From contig CAJLYQ010000002.1 in assembly GCA_905210905.1 (NCBI GenBank), positions 1 through 58,706 on the forward strand: a stretch of DNA of 58,706 nucleotides, read 5' to 3'. Below, in pieces: positions 56,801-58,706 of the stretch. The notes beneath the pieces are model-generated. The model made no database searches. It had not been told where the DNA came from and saw only the letters and a program-made list of their open reading frames with translations. The first letter of the stretch is position 1. Every line of letters starts with the position of its first letter. Origin of the DNA: an uncultured Christensenella sp. GTDB lineage: Bacteria > Bacillota > Clostridia > Christensenellales > DTU072. The position numbers and the translations under genes were made by a program.

Positions 56801-58578
56801 ATCCATTTTGCATACAAGGTAATGTCTGCTGCCTGCATTGTAGAGAAGACGTATTCAGTCGTCAAAGAACTGTCAAACCAACCCACGAAGGATTTTTCTT
56901 CAAGCGTAGGTTTAACAGGCGCGGTTACCGCCGTGCCGTAATCTTGCGTGATGGGAGCAACGTTGCTTCCGCCGTTGGAAACGAATGTAATCGTGTATTG
57001 GTTGACACTCCATTTTGCCGTATAAACAATACTTTCTTCGGGCATTGTGAAAGTGTAGGACAGATTGTTCGTCAACAATTCGTCCCCGTCAAACCAACCA
57101 ATCCAAGTATAGCCGACGTTCGTTGTTGCAGTTATGGTCTTGCTTGTTCCGGCAGTCACGTTTGTATTGTCATAAGCGGAAACCGTGCCGGCGTTTGCAA
57201 TATTCTTTTCGGTAGTCAAGGTATAAGCAATCCATTTAGCGTAAAGCGTTGTATTTGCCGCTTTATCCCAAACTTTTACGCTGTCACCGTTTTTATCGGT
57301 ATATTGCGTTCCCGTTCCGCCGAGTCCATCGTACCAACCGGCAAAGGTATAACCTTCTTTTTCGCAATCGGTTGAAAGAGTAAAGGCAGAATCGTAAGTA
57401 ACGTTTTGGGTAATCGCCGCAACGCCGGAACCGGTCGCTTTACCACCGGCAGCAGGTGTAGCCGCACCGGACATACAAAGTGTAAGAGTTATACTACTAC
57501 CGCTATAAGCGCATGGTGCAATATAATACAATATTCCTGCCGTTACGGAATAGGTAATGCTGAAATTATTACCGTTTCCGCTGTCATTGTCTGATTTTAA
57601 CCAAGACTTGCTACTGTTATATAAATATCCGTAGCTGTCACTACTTCCGGTAGAATACAATGTAATGTTTCCACTGGTTAAAGGAACAAACGCATAGTAT
57701 TTATATGAAGTCGTCCTTGATTTAGAAGGTGCGGAAATACCTGAAATACTTCCGTTCAAACTCAATACACCTGCTCCGCTATACGATATCCACTTCGCAT
57801 AAACGGTCGTATCTCTCGTTACGGTAGCCGTAAAGTCAAACAAAGTAGAACAACTGCTTGTTGTATACCAGCCGCCAAAGACGTAACCGCTTCTCGTTGG
57901 AATGCTCGGATACGTCAAGCCAGTTGTGGTCGTAACTGTTTGCGAAGGAATACTTCCGCTTGCGCCGTTCAAGTTAAAGGAAACCGTATAAACGGGATCA
58001 AGATCAACATAAGTTTCTGTTTCGCTCAAAGTAACAGTATACGTATTTGCAGTCCATTTTGCGTAGAGAATAACGACGTCGTTATTAACGGAAGACAAGT
58101 TGCTCACGCTTTGTCCGTTCGTATAAGACGTTCCTGTTCCGTCCGAATTAGTCGTCCAACCGGCAAACGTATATCCCATTCTTGTATATGCGTTGGTCGT
58201 TAAGGCTTTCGACGCGTCATAAGTATACGTTTCATTGCTCATCGAACCGGACGTAGCATCGTTTCCGTCAAACCTTACCTGATAAGTTATTGCCTGCCAA
58301 TTTGCATAAAGCGTTGTTGCAGAAGTCTTATCCCAATTAGCCGCACTCGTCAGATCTGCGTTGTAATACTTTTTACCACCGCTTGAAGAGTCAAAGTAAC
58401 CCAAGAAAGTATAGCCCGTTTTCGTTGGGATTGTAGTAATAACAGGCATAGCGGAATCATATGTCGCAGAAACATTGCTTTGCGTTCCCGTTCCACTATT
58501 TGCATTGAAAGATATGTCATAATTATTTGCAGTCCATTTCGCATAGAGAATAACAACTGCGTTATTGACGGAAGACAA
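53836..58578 (-). CDS. DGR target: giant repeat-rich surface-type protein (Listeria-Bacteroides repeats, Ig-like tandem modules, C-terminal DUF6273/CLec-type domain with VR)
   Basis: 1580 aa called from a TTG. The frame is open up to the TGA at 58656..58654. Repeats of GYTFAGW..LYAKW are present. The C-terminus reads YFGEYPQ..EPIKWRIL..IRAWLN..WWWLRSP..GVVPAL. Confidence 0.85.
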   Translation of the reverse strand: MSSVNNAVVILYAKWTANNYDISFNANSGTGTQSNVSATYDSAMPVITTIPTKTGYTFLGYFDSSSGGKKYYNADLTSAANWDKTSATTLYANWQAITYQVRFDGNDATSGSMSNETYTYDASKALTTNAYTRMGYTFAGWTTNSDGTGTSYTNGQSVSNLSSVNNDVVILYAKWTANTYTVTLSETETYVDLDPVYTVSFNLNGASGSIPSQTVTTTTGLTYPSIPTRSGYVFGGWYTTSSCSTLFDFTATVTRDTTVYAKWISYSGAGVLSLNGSISGISAPSKSRTTSYKYYAFVPLTSGNITLYSTGSSDSYGYLYNSSKSWLKSDNDSGNGNNFSITYSVTAGILYYIAPCAYSGSSITLTLCMSGAATPAAGGKATGSGVAAITQNVTYDSAFTLSTDCEKEGYTFAGWYDGLGGTGTQYTDKNGDSVKVWDKAANTTLYAKWIAYTLTTEKNIANAGTVSAYDNTNVTAGTSKTITATTNVGYTWIGWFDGDELLTNNLSYTFTMPEESIVYTAKWSVNQYTITFVSNGGSNVAPITQDYGTAVTAPVKPTLEEKSFVGWFDSSLTTEYVFSTMQAADITLYAKWIDYDVSLTCNKRTEISINDAIVAETFSATAVDTDGNPVEVTAQITGGSKVVGGKITVRLVAMGLYDIYAVETISNINVYGAPTLTYNTEKDYFNMSDTINASLFGASAIDTLGDAVAVNVSVKEGTYNGGDIVTVVISTTDKTGNETEVEIPNVKVYGTPVITRNIDVVDIKASDTIGNALFGVSAVDSFGAQLDVTTIQYSGTFSGGNTITIKSSTTDSKGNTNYVTYSVKVYGLPSISGASTTNFKVEDEITLETLGIVAKDSFAKTLSNVTLELISGSQISGATLTYLVTATDHLGNVNTKEISGIKIYGTPTITFDTEKTSMKVTDTVNSALLNATAKDSFNDNLSVSVVLNSGTIAAGGNVVTFKLSTTDHLGNYYEVISQNVKVYSSDDITLTYTTTANNIRKLSVGEEFNAQAVNGFGETCETSIVAASGYTLAGGNTINLYIVATDALGNTTQSELITGIKIYDMPTLVYSRDYDYIQNGDSPYALFKVLDSFDKELLFNVETLSGSLEVNETITYRITTTDRVGNDFCQEYTLVVLDTDQSILELYFNGLYIGTQRVYKGDNYSFCNMFEGYTFVGWQYNNTLITDSNGDSLFAWDKDSGIYQLTAKTTIITYTVTYNLNGGTNGNNPSTFTIVSAEGGIALNDPAKVTSETTISSEYLGNGNYRITKEITEYTFLGWYTESTFDNEVTEITYTGDNVVLYAKWSETTSTTNTNSREGNYIYFGEYPQTIKANNVTITNTTNEKGYYLGSDGYYYAIVSARPFQSGYMFSTGASVTSGTVYYFKVEPIKWRILSETNGELFILCESIIANHRYASNSNNYANSEIRAWLNDTFYNTAFNDLQKEIIQLTTVDNSARSTNPNNNATAFTSGNNSYACSNTQDRVFLLSEQEVTNSAYGFNADYSNYDTARCMQTSDYSRATGAYMNTSTDDYGNGWWWLRSPGCYYSSLARDVKYNGYADSSNGVSSPSYGVVPALRIKL
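53850..53975 (-). repeat. DGR variable repeat (VR) within the target gene's 3' end
   Basis: It differs from the TR at 24 positions, 23 of which correspond to A in the TR coding strand. Confidence 0.92.
55170..56800 (-). repeat. about seven tandem ~78-aa Ig-like coding modules inside the target gene
   Basis: The periodic protein pattern is ..(V/I)K(V/I)YG(T/A/L)P..(S/T)D(T)(I/V)N..L..(A/V)(K/V)DS(F)..; coordinates are approximate. Confidence 0.6.
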
Positions 58579-58706
58579 ATTACTTACATTCTGACCATTC
58601 GTATAAGATGTACCAGTTCCGTCCGCATTAGTCGTCCATGAAACGAAGCTGTATCAATTTGTCAATGCGTACAAATTCTTGAAATGTTACTTGAAATACT
58701 ACGAGT

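Noticed and set aside
54300-58650. Periodic DNA repeats considered as a CRISPR array or satellite
   Set aside because: The repeats are in-frame coding modules (Listeria-Bacteroides and Ig-like units) of one long ORF. There is no repeat-spacer regularity and there are no cas genes.

Overview
This is a low-GC, Firmicutes/Clostridia-like chromosomal segment, almost entirely transcribed on the minus strand. Positions 1-21.2 kb carry housekeeping genes: fmt-def-priA-coaBC-rpoZ-gmk-yicC, ligA-pcrA-dgt, a T-box(Trp)-controlled standalone trpB2, gpmI-tpiA-pgk and prs. Positions 21.3-29.5 kb carry a heterodimeric ABC exporter pair, in which one half has a ~350-aa extracytoplasmic insert. The same region holds an XRE-cupin regulator and an 855-aa lipoprotein. 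Positions 29.7-37.8 kb hold a HydABC-type [FeFe]-hydrogenase operon interrupted by a sensory/regulatory module (HydS-like protein, 2x DRTGG, 2x HATPase, PHP). Positions 37.9-43.2 kb carry a second T-box leader (best-guess Ile specifier) in front of an HTH-cupin-acyl-CoA-synthetase fusion, a class I LysRS fused to a tRNA-binding domain, and a GNAT. From about 43.3 kb to the window end lies a Tn4451-like mobilizable element with tandem large serine recombinases, a TnpW-like ORF, a relaxase and a sigma-like HTH protein. Its cargo is a complete diversity-generating retroelement (DGR), made up of a giant repeat-rich target protein with a C-terminal variable region (VR), avd, a template repeat (TR) and a reverse transcriptase (RT). 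The TR/VR pair shows adenine-specific mismatches: 23 of 24 differences by my manual alignment. The RT reading frame contains an in-frame TAA. No rRNA, tRNA or CRISPR was seen.
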